Source of the DNA: an uncultured Acidobacteriota bacterium
GTDB lineage: Bacteria > Acidobacteriota > Vicinamibacteria > Vicinamibacterales > SCN-69-37
Assembly (NCBI GenBank): GCA_963730095.1
Contig: CAVSQJ010000001.1
Location: 689,599-753,598, forward strand
Reading direction: 5' to 3'
DNA length: 64,000 nt
The position numbers were made by a program, and so were the translations under genes. Positions 38,023 to 48,128 of this stretch are shown piece by piece. Position 1 is the first letter of the stretch. Each line of letters starts with the position of its first letter. Under the pieces are notes generated by a model. It ran no database searches. It was not told the origin of the DNA and saw only the letters and a list, made by a program, of their open reading frames with translations.

Positions 38023-39245
38023 CGTTTTCTTCCTTTAATGAGGACGTCCAGGCTGTCGTTGCGGTCGTTGTAGAAATCGAGCCGGATCTTCTGATCGGCC
38101 GTTTCCGAAATGACGGCCGGAATCGAAGAAGCCGTCAGATACCAGCCGGCCGGCAGCACGACCGAGTTGCGCGGCCGTCCAAGACTGCGATCGAAGACGA
38201 AATCCTGGCCCTCGAGGCGATAGCTCTCGGGCGCCGCGTAGGTTTCCGAGATACGCAGCCGGACCGACTGGCCCGGCTTGACGGCGGGGAAGTAGACGAC
38301 GACCACTTCGGTGTCCGGCGCGACGGTGCCGGCGTCGATCTTCGCGGCCGTGATCGCCTCGCCCTTGAGAATCTCGTCTTTCAACGCTTCGCCCGTGTCG
38401 AGGATGATCGCGGAGGGATTGGACACGTGACTGCCCGTGCGGACCTCGTTGACGTACTTGTCGATGCCCGGCCGCGATTCGGTGTAGTCGTGAAACAGGC
38501 TGAACGAGCTCGTCGATGGATCCTGCAGGAAGTACGTGATGTCGCGGTCCTGATGCGCGCGCTCGGCGAGGCGCGTACGTTCGGTCGGGCCCTGCGCAGG
38601 CGGCGGCTCCCAGCTGCGCTTGTCGGTGAGCGGCGTGGGCGCGGCGGCGGCGCCTGACTTCACCCCCGCCCGCGTCCTGACCACGAGCGTCGTCGCCCCC
38701 GGCGCCTGATTCATGAACGCGACGCTGATCCGTCCGTCCGGCTGCGACAGCACCTGCGAGGCGACGTTGCACCCGATGAGCTCGTACCCGGCCGGCACGA
38801 CGACCAGTCCGCGTCGCGCGGGCAGGAGCACGGAAAACGTGACCACGCCGTTTTCCGCCTGCGAGTAGCCGCGCGAATCGCGAATGGTTTTCTCGAGCCG
38901 GATCCGCGCCTGACCGCTGCGCGGCACCGGCCGCGCGAGCGCGACGATGAGCTGGCTCGGGTTCTGCGTGATGATGAGAGGCTGTCCCGTCATCATGTCC
39001 GTGGCGCCCGCGTCGGTCACGATCGTGCCGGGCACGATCGGATCGGTGTAACGCGCCATGTTCTCGGTCGTCGCGCTGACCTCGAACGACACGTGGAACG
39101 ACGCCGTCGTGGGCGCCAGCAGGTCGTAGCGCACGTACTCGTCGGTCTGCGTCTGCACGGGCTGGATTTGCGCGCGGCCCGCGGAGCCGACCAGCGTGCA
39201 CAGCGCGAGCCCCGCCGCCAGCCAGGTTCGGTCACGTCGTGTCAT
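38019..39245 (-). CDS. Secreted hypothetical protein built from two homologous ~190-aa halves
   Basis: Start at [20 protein letters not shown] (M99 of ORF 38019..39539). The two halves align (..[30 protein letters not shown].. against ..[30 protein letters not shown]..). There is a 4-nt overlap with the BNR gene. Confidence 0.6.
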   Translation of the reverse strand: MTRRDRTWLAAGLALCTLVGSAGRAQIQPVQTQTDEYVRYDLLAPTTASFHVSFEVSATTENMARYTDPIVPGTIVTDAGATDMMTGQPLIITQNPSQLIVALARPVPRSGQARIRLEKTIRDSRGYSQAENGVVTFSVLLPARRGLVVVPAGYELIGCNVASQVLSQPDGRISVAFMNQAPGATTLVVRTRAGVKSGAAAAPTPLTDKRSWEPPPAQGPTERTRLAERAHQDRDITYFLQDPSTSSFSLFHDYTESRPGIDKYVNEVRTGSHVSNPSAIILDTGEALKDEILKGEAITAAKIDAGTVAPDTEVVVVYFPAVKPGQSVRLRISETYAAPESYRLEGQDFVFDRSLGRPRNSVVLPAGWYLTASSIPAVISETADQKIRLDFYNDRNDSLDVLIKGRKR

Positions 39246-39247
39246 GG

Positions 39248-41407
39248 TCACTTCCCCGGCTGATACGTGCGCGTCGTGTGTCCCTGCAGCTGCGCCGGGT
39301 AGAAGTACACCTCGCGCAGATCGCCCGTGGCGTAGCGCTTGGCCTCGTCGTTGAAGTGCGGCGACTTCGGGATCGCCGCTTTCGCCGCCGGCGGTGACGG
39401 CCCGAGCGCGCACCGTCGGTCCAAACTCGACGACAGCGACGAAGCTGTTGCCGCTCGTGCCGTACCATTTCTTCGTGCCAGGATACGCGCGCGCGCCGAA
39501 CGAGGCGAGCGAGCCCCACGTGGCGGAGGTGAACGGCACCGGAATGACTCGGGCCCGCGTCGTTGAAGGGCTGGACGATGTCGCCGGTGAGGCGCTGGAA
39601 GCGATTGATGTCGCCCCACGGCGTTTTCCACGTGCCGAAGTCCGACGTCAGCCGGCCGCACGCTGCGACGAGCGCCTGCAGCAGCTGACCTGCGGCGCGC
39701 GGCCGTCCACCGGGCCGCCTCGTCCGCGGCCGCCGGCGCGCTGCGCTTCTTCGCCCCAGAACACCGCGAGCGACGTCGGGATCGAATCGGCGGCCCAGCG
39801 CAGATCCCACCCGCGCAGCTGCGCGATCGTTCCGCGAGCGACGCCTTCAGCGGATCGCCGGGTGGCAGCGCGTCGTACGCCTTGATGAGCGCCGGCATCG
39901 GCTTCTCGAACCACGTCAGATAGCTGTCGAACGCGGCGCCGACGAGCGAATCGAGCGTGAAGTCCTTCTTGTCCTGCAACACGCGCACGGCGTGCAGTCC
40001 GCGCGCCGATTCGCTGCCGTTGTCCACGTACTTCGGGTAGTCGCTCTGCTTCGGGCTGCTCGGCCCCGCGGCCGACCACGGCCAGTTGTTGGAGTTGTAG
40101 AGCCAGCCGCTCGCCGGATTGAGCAGGTGCGGCGTCTCGTCGATCGAGAGCAGGCCCTGCTAGTCGGTCTCCGGATTGCTGCCGTCGACCGGCTTCGTCC
40201 AGTCGAAGCTGGGGTCGCGCTTCGGGATGAAGTTGCCGTGGAAGTACGCGATGTCGCCGTCGGCGTCGGCGAAGATCGTGTTGTTCGACGAGTTGGTGTG
40301 CAGCTCCAGCGACTGCCGGAACGACTTGTAGTCGGTCGCCTTCGTGCGCGAGTAGGACTGCGTCAGCGCCTTCACCGGCTCGTTCATCAGCGCGAACGCG
40401 ACCCACTTGCCGTTCATGTCGCGGACGATGGGCCCGTGCTGCGTGCTGATACGTCGTGAACGCCTTCTTCGCCATGCCGGTGTCCGTCTTGTACGGCACG
40501 GTGATCTCGCTCGTCGACACCGGCCGCTCGTCATTGCCGTACTTGTAGAAGTAGCTTGCCGCCGCTGTTCGTCGACGGTCTCGAGGAACTCGTCCGGTTG
40601 CATCGACGCCGCTCGACGTGTGCATCCAGCCGGCGCGCGCGATTGAAGCCCTGGTAGACGAAGAACTGTCCCCACGTCGCCGCGCCGTAGGCGTCGAGGC
40701 CTTCGTCGCTCGTCATCTGCAGCTCGGAGCGGAAGAAGAACGACGTGTGCGGATTGATCAGCAGCAGCGCGTGATGGCCGACGGTGTTCGACGGCGCGAT
40801 CGCACGCCGTTCGAGCCGCGCGGCTCTTCGTCGGCCGGCGCCGGCTCGGGCGGCAGCTCGCTCGCCGGCGTCTTGCCGTAGAACGCCTGCAGCTGATTGA
40901 GGTTCACGCGCTCGATGTCGCCGCCGATGCTGCCCTCGGTGAAGCGACAGCGCCATCCACGGCTCGAAGTGCGTGATCACGCGCGGCTTCACGCCGGGAT
41001 GCTTCGCGAGATAGAAGTTGAGACCGTCCGCCCACGCGTTCATCAGGCTCTTGAGCCACGCCGGGCTCGACGCGTAGTCCTTCTTCAGCGACCTCCGGGT
41101 CGATGAACAGCTTCATGCGCAGGTCCTGCTAGACCTTCGACTCGCCTTCGGCTTCCGCCAGCCGGCCCATCGCGTTGATGTAGTTCGTCTCGACGCGATT
41201 GAAGTCGTCCTCGGCCTGCGCGTAGATCATGCCGAACACGGCGTCGGCGTCGGTCTTGCCGGTGACGTGCGCGATGCCCCAGTCGTCGCGGACGATCGTG
41301 ATGCGGCCCGCTTGCTGCTGCCAGCGCGCCATGTCGGCGCTCTGCAGCGCGGACGGCACGGTGACGGGCACGGCGAGGATGAGAAAGAGGAGAAGGAGTT
41401 TTTTCAT
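39248..41407 (-). pseudogene. S45 penicillin-amidase/AHL-acylase family gene, heavily disrupted (about 11-12 frameshifts plus 2 in-frame TAG)
   Basis: Colinear family segments are scattered over all three minus frames of the track. In order: signal peptide plus RDDWGIAHV.., MNAWADGLNFYLAKHPGVKPRVITHFEPWMALS, APSNTVGHHALLLINPHTSFFFRSELQM (nucleophile Ser), MHTSSGVDA, KWVAFALMNEP..IAYFHGNFIPKRDP, NPASGWLYNSNNWPW (my translation), TWKTPWGDINRFQR, PFTSATWGSLASFGARAYPGTKKWYGTSGNSFVAVVEF, SPHFNDEAKRYATGDLREVYFYP. Confidence 0.85.
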
Positions 41408-41430
41408 GACAATTCCTGCGTAAACATAGC

Positions 41431-41450
41431 ACCACGGATCGGGCCGTGGT
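41431..41450 (-). terminator. Possible terminator or attenuator hairpin after the M14 gene
   Basis: 7-bp stem ACCACGG/CCGTGGT with a 6-nt loop, followed on the minus strand by GCTATGTTTAC (weak T tract). Confidence 0.3.
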
Positions 41451-41458
41451 AAATCCTC

Positions 41459-43156
41459 TCAACGCACTTCGCGCCGCACTTTGAAAATCGGATACACGGC
41501 CGCGTGCGCGTCGGCGCCGAGGGCGTGCAGCTTGTCGTCGAGCACGCTCCAGCCGACGAAGCCGTCGCGCGCTTGCGGCTCGAGGTAGTAGAACGCCGCG
41601 TTGGCCATGGGCTGCGCCATGTCCAGATAGAACGACCCGGCCGGAAATTCCTTCGTCTCGAGCGGCTGGAACGCGCCGTCGAGCACCGTCATCTCGTACC
41701 CGCTGCTGCGCACCTTGCGCATGCGCTCGATGCGGAAGGCCTCGCCCTCGACCCGCATCGGCTTGTCGAGCGCCTGGACCTTGATGTTGTGCAGGCGCAG
41801 CTTGGCGACGACATCGACGAAATCCGCCGGCAGCATATAGCCGCGCGGCACGACGGCGTCGCGCGTGCCGACCGGCATCGTGAGATCGTCGACGCCGTGG
41901 ACGATCTCCGGCGGGCCGGACGCCGTGCCGGGCCGGGTGCCGAGAATGCTCGTGCCCGGCCGGTAGTCGGGCACGTTGCTCCGGTACGCGAGCAAATCGA
42001 TCTTGCCGCGTGAACGATACTCGCCATCGAGCCAGTTCTTCAGCTCGCCGGACTCCGCCTTCGCCAGGACGTTCGCGACCGTCTCATCGTCGGCCTTCTT
42101 CACGACGGTCTGGATGTCCTTCGCGTGCGAATCGGTGTACTCGAGCAGCGCCGTGATGTACGCGTACTGCGCGTAGATGCGCCGCTCGAACGTCGGCTGA
42201 CCGGGCGTCTCGGTGATGATGGCCAGGCGGTTGCGCAAGCCGTAGTCGTTGACGATGAACTTGGCGTCGACGGTCCAGGCCGCGCGATCGTGGCTCCACG
42301 ACGCCGGCGGCCACGTATTCGGCACCGGCAGCGCGTGCGTGAAGACCTCGAGCCCGAACTCGCTGCGCACCATGTCGCGGACGGCGGGGAAGAGCGTGTC
42401 GTGCGTATAGTCGCGCGGCCCGGGCGCCGCCGCCGGCACGGTCGTCGTGCCGTACGTGTTCGCGTAGCCGTGACTCACGCGATCCATCAGATGCCCGTCG
42501 AGCAGCAGCACCGGGTCCCACTGGTTGAGCAGGCGGTACATGCCCTGCGCTTCGACCGTCTGCAGCTTGACGCCGTCGCGGTTGAGGTCGAGGCCTGCGG
42601 CGTTCTCCCGCACGCCGAGGATGAACGGCGTCTCGCTGCCGAGCGCGCCGTCCTGGTTCACGAGCGTGTCCGTGCCGTCGACGTTGAAGATCGGCGCGAT
42701 GATGACGATCTGGTGATCGAGCAGGTTCTTGCGCTTGCCGGCGGCGAGATCGCGCGCGACCATCATCAGCGCTTCGGCGGCCTCGGGCTCGGGCGGATGA
42801 ATGTTGCCGAACAGGAAGACCACCGGCTTGCCCGACGCCCGCGCCTGCTGTGGCGAGGTCACGCGCGGATTCGAGATGACGATCGCCGGCGCCGCCTTGC
42901 GCAGCGGGCTGATGAACATGTCGACGACGTGCAGGGTGTCGCTCTTCGCTTTGAGCGCGGCGATGAACTCGAGCAACTGGACGGACGACACGGTGCGCGT
43001 GTAGGCAGTGCGCTCGGCCACCGTCTGCAGGTCGGCCGGCCACTGCCCGGTCCAGCCGGCGGGCACGACGTCGCCCCAGTAGATTTGTTGAGCCGTCACG
43101 ACGACCGAGAATATGACAATCGCCGCTACGGCAACACCGCGGTGCGTCCTGGTCAC
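41459..43156 (-). CDS. M14-family zinc carboxypeptidase-like protein, secreted
   Basis: Signal or anchor sequence, then GNIHPPEPEA (HxxE), IFNVDG, NAAGLDLNRD and LLLDGHLM (third zinc ligand). Confidence 0.7.
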   Translation of the reverse strand: MTRTHRGVAVAAIVIFSVVVTAQQIYWGDVVPAGWTGQWPADLQTVAERTAYTRTVSSVQLLEFIAALKAKSDTLHVVDMFISPLRKAAPAIVISNPRVTSPQQARASGKPVVFLFGNIHPPEPEAAEALMMVARDLAAGKRKNLLDHQIVIIAPIFNVDGTDTLVNQDGALGSETPFILGVRENAAGLDLNRDGVKLQTVEAQGMYRLLNQWDPVLLLDGHLMDRVSHGYANTYGTTTVPAAAPGPRDYTHDTLFPAVRDMVRSEFGLEVFTHALPVPNTWPPASWSHDRAAWTVDAKFIVNDYGLRNRLAIITETPGQPTFERRIYAQYAYITALLEYTDSHAKDIQTVVKKADDETVANVLAKAESGELKNWLDGEYRSRGKIDLLAYRSNVPDYRPGTSILGTRPGTASGPPEIVHGVDDLTMPVGTRDAVVPRGYMLPADFVDVVAKLRLHNIKVQALDKPMRVEGEAFRIERMRKVRSSGYEMTVLDGAFQPLETKEFPAGSFYLDMAQPMANAAFYYLEPQARDGFVGWSVLDDKLHALGADAHAAVYPIFKVRREVR

Positions 43157-43195
43157 CGCGTCATCCTAGGGCCGGCGTCCGCCGGCGTCCAGCGG

Positions 43196-43241
43196 CAAAA
43201 GAACAACACGGACGCGGGCGCGATGCCCGGGTCCGTGTTGT
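43196..43241 (-). terminator. Rho-independent terminator after the TonB-dependent receptor
   Basis: 11-bp perfect stem ACAACACGGAC/GTCCGTGTTGT (43203-43213 and 43231-43241). It is followed on the minus strand by TTCTTTTG. Confidence 0.6.
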
Positions 43242-43287
43242 CGTCGCCGCGGGGGTCGGCGCGTGGAGACCGTTCAGTCGTGCGTCA

Positions 43288-46200
43288 TCAGAACACCAGC
43301 TGCGTGCCGACGCGGAACACGCGCGGCGGTACGATCGATGTCGGCGCGCCGAAGCGCGCGCTCGACAGGCTGTCGCTGGAGTAGTTGAGGATCGTGTTCA
43401 CGTTGAACACGTTGAAGGCGTCGAACATCACCTTCACGCGGTTCTTGCCGCCCCGGAACGTGAACACCTTCTGCGCGCCCAGGTCGAGCAGCTTCGTTGG
43501 CTGCAGCCGCGTCAGGCCGTCGTTCTGGAACCGCAGGTTGTTGTACGGGCCGTTGTTTCCGCCGATCGTCGTCGGCTGGCCCGCGGCGTTCACGCCGCCG
43601 TAGACGTTGCCGGGCCCGGTGACCGTCACCACCCGGTTGTCGCCGTCGTTCACGTTGAGATTGGCCGACGTGTTGATGCCGTACGGCATCGCGTACGTCC
43701 CGCTGATCTTGATCAGGTACCGCGCGATCGTGCTCCTCGTGTCCTGGAACACGATGCCGGTCGGATTCACGTACGATCCCGTCGGCGTGAACCCAGGATT
43801 CGTCTGCAGCGTGGCCGACGCGTTCATCTGCCAGCGATCGCTGAATCGCTTGGTCAGTGTCGGGACGACGGCCTGGTACGTGGAGTAGCTCAGGTCGGTC
43901 ACCGTGATCGATCCGAGGCCCGAGGGCCGGATGCAGCCATCGCAGATCCTGGTAGTACGGCGCGGTGATCTTCGTCGTCGGGTCGGTGTAATAGAGCGGG
44001 CCCGTGTAGATCTGGGACAGCGGGAACTTTGGGGCGCCCGGCTGATAGCCGGCGGTGTACGCCGCGGTGCCGTCGTCGTACTTGCGATACACGTAGTCGA
44101 CGCCGACCGCGAGGTTCGGCATGAGCTCGTGCTGCACGCCGGTAATGAACTCCTTCGTGCGCGCGAGCTTCGCGTTCGGATCGACGGCGTTGCCGGCAGG
44201 CGTCAGCACGCCGGTGGTGACGTCGAACCGACTGCTGCTCGGCGTGGGCGTGCCGGTCAGCTCGTTCGCCTGGATGATGCCGTCGAGATTCTGATCGATC
44301 CAGCAGGACGTGCCCGTGCACGTGCCGTTCGCGGCATTGTTGCCCCAGGCGAGCTGCAGCGCGCCGAGGCCGCTGAGGCTGTTGGCGAGCGTGATCTTCG
44401 TCTGGTAGTACAGCGAGTAGCTCGCGTGCACCGAGGTCTTGCCGTTGCCGAACACGTCATAGGTCGCTGACACGCGCGGCGCGAAGACGCTGAACGACGG
44501 AAGCGGGGTGAGGACCGGATTTCCGCTGGCGTCGAGCGTCGGCAGCCCCGTGTTCGGATCGAGCACCGTGGACAGGTTGGTCTCGGCGTCGCACTGCGCC
44601 GGCAGCAGATCGGGGCGCACGATGTTGGCCGGGACGCATCCGCCGAGGTACTTGGACGTCTGCCAGTCGTAGCGCAGGCCGCCCTGGATGCGCCACCGCC
44701 CGCGGCTGTAGCCGTCCTGGATGTAGCCGTCGTACGTCCACCAGTCGTTGTTGGCCGACAGGCGATCGCGGCCAAGCGTGGCGGACCGGGCGACGAAGCC
44801 CGCGGCCGAGCCGGGCGCGACGAAGTTGCCGTTGCCACAGAGGCTCGCGTTATTGCCCACGCACTGCACGCTGGCGCGTCCACCGCCGCTGTAGTGCGAG
44901 TAGGTCATGATCGGATTGCGTCGCCAGCCGGCGCCGAACTTCAGGCTGTGGTCGCCCCCGAGCTTGTTGGTGAGGAAGTACGTGCCGTCGGTCTTCGCTT
45001 CCCAGGACTTCCGCACGGTCTGGTAGGTCCTCGCGAGCGAGTGGCTCGAGAGGCCGGACGTGTTGTTGCTGAGCGACTGCACGTTCCACAAGCAGTTGGC
45101 GCTCGCGCGGCTGCCCGTCAGATAGTCCTGCGCATTGGCCGTGTTCAGATACCGGCTCTGGAGACAGCCTCCCAGCGGCGGCACGTCCTGGTAATCGAGA
45201 AAGAACCCGCCGCCGACATACGTGAGCTGGTTGTTGAACACGAGCTTGTCGGTGAGGATCAGCGTGTGCGTCAGCGAGTGCGTGGGAAGCGGGAGCTTCC
45301 ACGGGGCGTCGCTGGTCTGCTGGGTCGTGGCTTCCGTCGCGGTGTTCGCGCTGGCGCCGCGGTGGTTGCGGTACTTGTTGTCGCTCGAGAACAGGTACTG
45401 GATCTTGTTCGCCGAGTTGAGCTGGTAGTTGAACTTCCACTCGAGGTCCTTGATCACCGTCTTGTCGTTCGTCAGGCAGTCGACGACGTTGTTGAGCTTG
45501 TCGTAGGTCGCCGTGCTCGAGAGCGCGTTGCCGCCCTGCTTCTGCGCGGCCACGAGCTGGCTGCAGAACGCGCCTTTGCTCGCGTCGAAGAAGTTCACGA
45601 CGCCGACGTTGATGTCCTGCTTGTCAGCGGCGCCCCAGAACCACAGGCGGTTGCGCTTGATCGGACCGCCGTATTCGACCGAGTAGTTGGTGATCTTTTG
45701 CAGCGGGTTGCCCGAGAGCAGGCCGCTCGTGCCCGAATAGAAAAGCTCGGGCGTGACGTTGTTGGCCTGCATCGCGTCGTTCTCGAACGTCGCGACGGCG
45801 GTGCCCTTGAACACGTTGCTGCCGCTCTTGCTCACGAGGTTGATGCTGAGGCCGCTCGACTGGACCGACACGTCGCCGCCGCCCGTCGTCACCTGGATCT
45901 GCTCGAACGAGTCGAAGTTGAAGTACGCCGGCGAGCTGTTCGACGAGAGGTCCGTGATTGCCCCGCCCTCGAGGTTCCACTGCACGTTGGAGCCCGTGCC
46001 GTAGACGCTCAGGCCCACCTGCTGGCCCGACGAGGAGCCGCCGACGTTCAGGCCGGCCTGCACGCCCGGCGTCATGTTGATGATCTGCCACGGGTCGCGC
46101 GCGGTCGGGATGTTCTCGAGGATCTCCTTGCTGAACGTCGCACCGGTGGTCGTCTTCTTCGTGTCGACGACCGGCGCGGCCGCGGTGATCGTCATTTCCT

Positions 46201-46546
46201 CCGAGACCTGCCCGATCTCCATCTTTTGATCGATGGGCGCGTTGAAATTCGTTTCGATGACCACGTTCGGCCGCGCGGCTTTCTTGAAGCCGTTCAGCTC
46301 GAACGTCACCGTATACGTGCCGATCGGCACGGTGGGGAACTGGTACGTTCCGCTCGCGCCGGTCGTCGCGACCAGCGCCCGTTGCAGCCCGCTGCCCGTG
46401 ACCGTCACGGTCACGCCCGGCAGGATGCCGCCGGACGGGTCGGTGACCTTGCCGAAAATCGATCCCATGCCCTGGGCGTGGGCCGAGCCGGCGCACAGTG
46501 CCAGCACGGCTGGCACGAGCAGGATCCCTCGGAAGACTCTCGTCAT
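43288..46546 (-). pseudogene. TonB-dependent receptor with CarboxypepD_reg-like N-domain; frameshift near 43940-43950
   Basis: Start at MTRVFRGILLVPAVLALCAGSAHA. The N-domain reads GKVTDPSGGILPGVTVTV..GTYTVTFELNGFK. After ..APYYQDL the long ORF turns into Arg-rich nonsense, while ORF 43288..43902 carries the real barrel end ..RVFRVGTQLVF (terminal Phe). Confidence 0.85.
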
Positions 46547-46727
46547 CTTTCCTCCTTGGCCCTCCTGCGTCCCCGCGATACGTGGACGTTGGATGCTACG
46601 GTAGGGTATGAAGTCGGTCTCCCTGGTAGTATCCTGTCGAGACTGTATTTCTTGGCCGGAAAGCCGGGATTCCAGTCCCCGCCCCCAGCGGGCTGCGCCT
46701 CGACGACCGCCACCAGGAGGTTGAGCC

Positions 46728-48125
46728 ATGGCAACCGGCTCGCCCGCGGCTGCGCGCGTTGACTACCTGCCTGAAGGAGGGCCCCGGCTGCCCGACCGCC
46801 TCGGGCTGCGCGTCCTGCTTCTGCTCGGCTTCGGCGGGGTCTTCATCCTCTGGCTCCTCTTCGGCTACGCGATCGCCGACAGCACCGTCGAGACCGACAA
46901 CCGGAGCGCGATGCTTCGCGCGCGCTTTCTCCGCAACGAAGAGCTGCTCTCGACGGTGCGCGTGCAGGCGCTGCTGAGCTCGGTGTACGTTCGCGACGCC
47001 CTGACCGATCCCGATCGATCGCAGGGAGACTTCTATCGCGACGAGCTGTCGCAGATCCGGCGGACGATCGAACAGGCCATGGCCGAGTACGCGCCGCACG
47101 CCGACGTCGAGCAGGCTGACGTCGATCGGCTGCGGCGGCGGCTTCGCGAATTCTGGGACGCGATTGAGCCCGTGCTGACATCGGCGCGCGGGGCGACTCC
47201 CGCCGAGTCGCGCGCGTTTCTGCGCGACGAGGTGATCCCCCGTCGAGAGACGGTGATCAACATCTCCGAGGAAATTCACGCGCTCAACAAGGACGCATTC
47301 GAGGCCGAACAGAAGGAGCTCGCCGAGATTCGCGGCACGCTGCACTTGCGCATCTGGCTGACGAGCCTCACGACGATCGGCCTGGCCCTGGTCGTCGCCT
47401 TGCTCGCGGCCCGCGCGGTCGGCCGGCTGAACGCCCGCCTGCGCGACCAGCATCGTCACGAGGTCAAGCAGACGCGCGAGCTGGCGCGCCTCTCGACGCG
47501 CCTGCTCGAGGCGCAGGAAGACGAGCGGCGCCGCATTGCGCGCGAGCTGCACGACGAGATCGGCCAGGCGCTCGGCGCCCTGAAGCTCGAGCTGGCCGTC
47601 GCCGAGCGGACCGCGGCCGGCTCGTCGCTCGACGTCGTGCTGGCCGAGGCCCGATCGATCACGGACCGGACGATCACCACGGTCCGGGATCTGTCGCAGC
47701 TGCTGCATCCGGCCATGCTCGACCATCTCGGCCTGCCGGACACGGCGGACTGGTACCTGCGGGCGTTCTCGCGGCGTACCGGCATCGCGAGCGAGCTTCG
47801 CATCGAGCGGCTCGACGAGCGTTTGCCGCACGATGTCGAGGTCTGTACGTACCGCGTGATTCAGGAGGCCACGACCAACGTCGCGCGCCACGCCGGCGCG
47901 ACGTCCTGCCGCGTGCGCATCGCCCGCGATCCGCGCGCGCTGCGCGTAGTCGTCGAGGACAACGGGCACGGCTTCACGCCCGGGCCGCCTCGGATGACCG
48001 ACGGCCACGGGCTCGGGTTGATCGGCGTGCGCGAACGCGTCGCGAGCCTCGGCGGGAGCCTGCGCGTCGAGAGCGGCGCGGGCGCCGGCACCTGCCTCAC
48101 CGTCGACCTGCCATTGTCGGCCTGA
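46728..48125 (+). CDS. NarX/LiaS-type sensor histidine kinase (HisKA_3 + HATPase_c) with a periplasmic helical sensor
   Basis: Two TM segments flank a helical domain. H-box is RIARELHDEIGQAL. The ATPase region includes IQEATTNVARHA..DNGHGF..GHGLGLIGVRERV. Confidence 0.9.
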   Translation: MATGSPAAARVDYLPEGGPRLPDRLGLRVLLLLGFGGVFILWLLFGYAIADSTVETDNRSAMLRARFLRNEELLSTVRVQALLSSVYVRDALTDPDRSQGDFYRDELSQIRRTIEQAMAEYAPHADVEQADVDRLRRRLREFWDAIEPVLTSARGATPAESRAFLRDEVIPRRETVINISEEIHALNKDAFEAEQKELAEIRGTLHLRIWLTSLTTIGLALVVALLAARAVGRLNARLRDQHRHEVKQTRELARLSTRLLEAQEDERRRIARELHDEIGQALGALKLELAVAERTAAGSSLDVVLAEARSITDRTITTVRDLSQLLHPAMLDHLGLPDTADWYLRAFSRRTGIASELRIERLDERLPHDVEVCTYRVIQEATTNVARHAGATSCRVRIARDPRALRVVVEDNGHGFTPGPPRMTDGHGLGLIGVRERVASLGGSLRVESGAGAGTCLTVDLPLSA

Positions 48126-48128
48126 GCG

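Noticed and set aside
40160-41131. In-frame TAG codons as pyrrolysine, recoding or programmed read-through.
   Set aside because: The same gene has about a dozen frameshifts, no other gene in the window shows in-frame TAG, and no pyl genes are present. A pseudogene or sequence error is far more likely.
46547-46727. Cobalamin or other riboswitch in the 5' leader of the TonB-dependent receptor.
   Set aside because: I found no B12-box-like GCCACTG or the conserved core elements. Only a small CCGG/CCGG hairpin is present, and the region must also hold the divergent kinase promoter.
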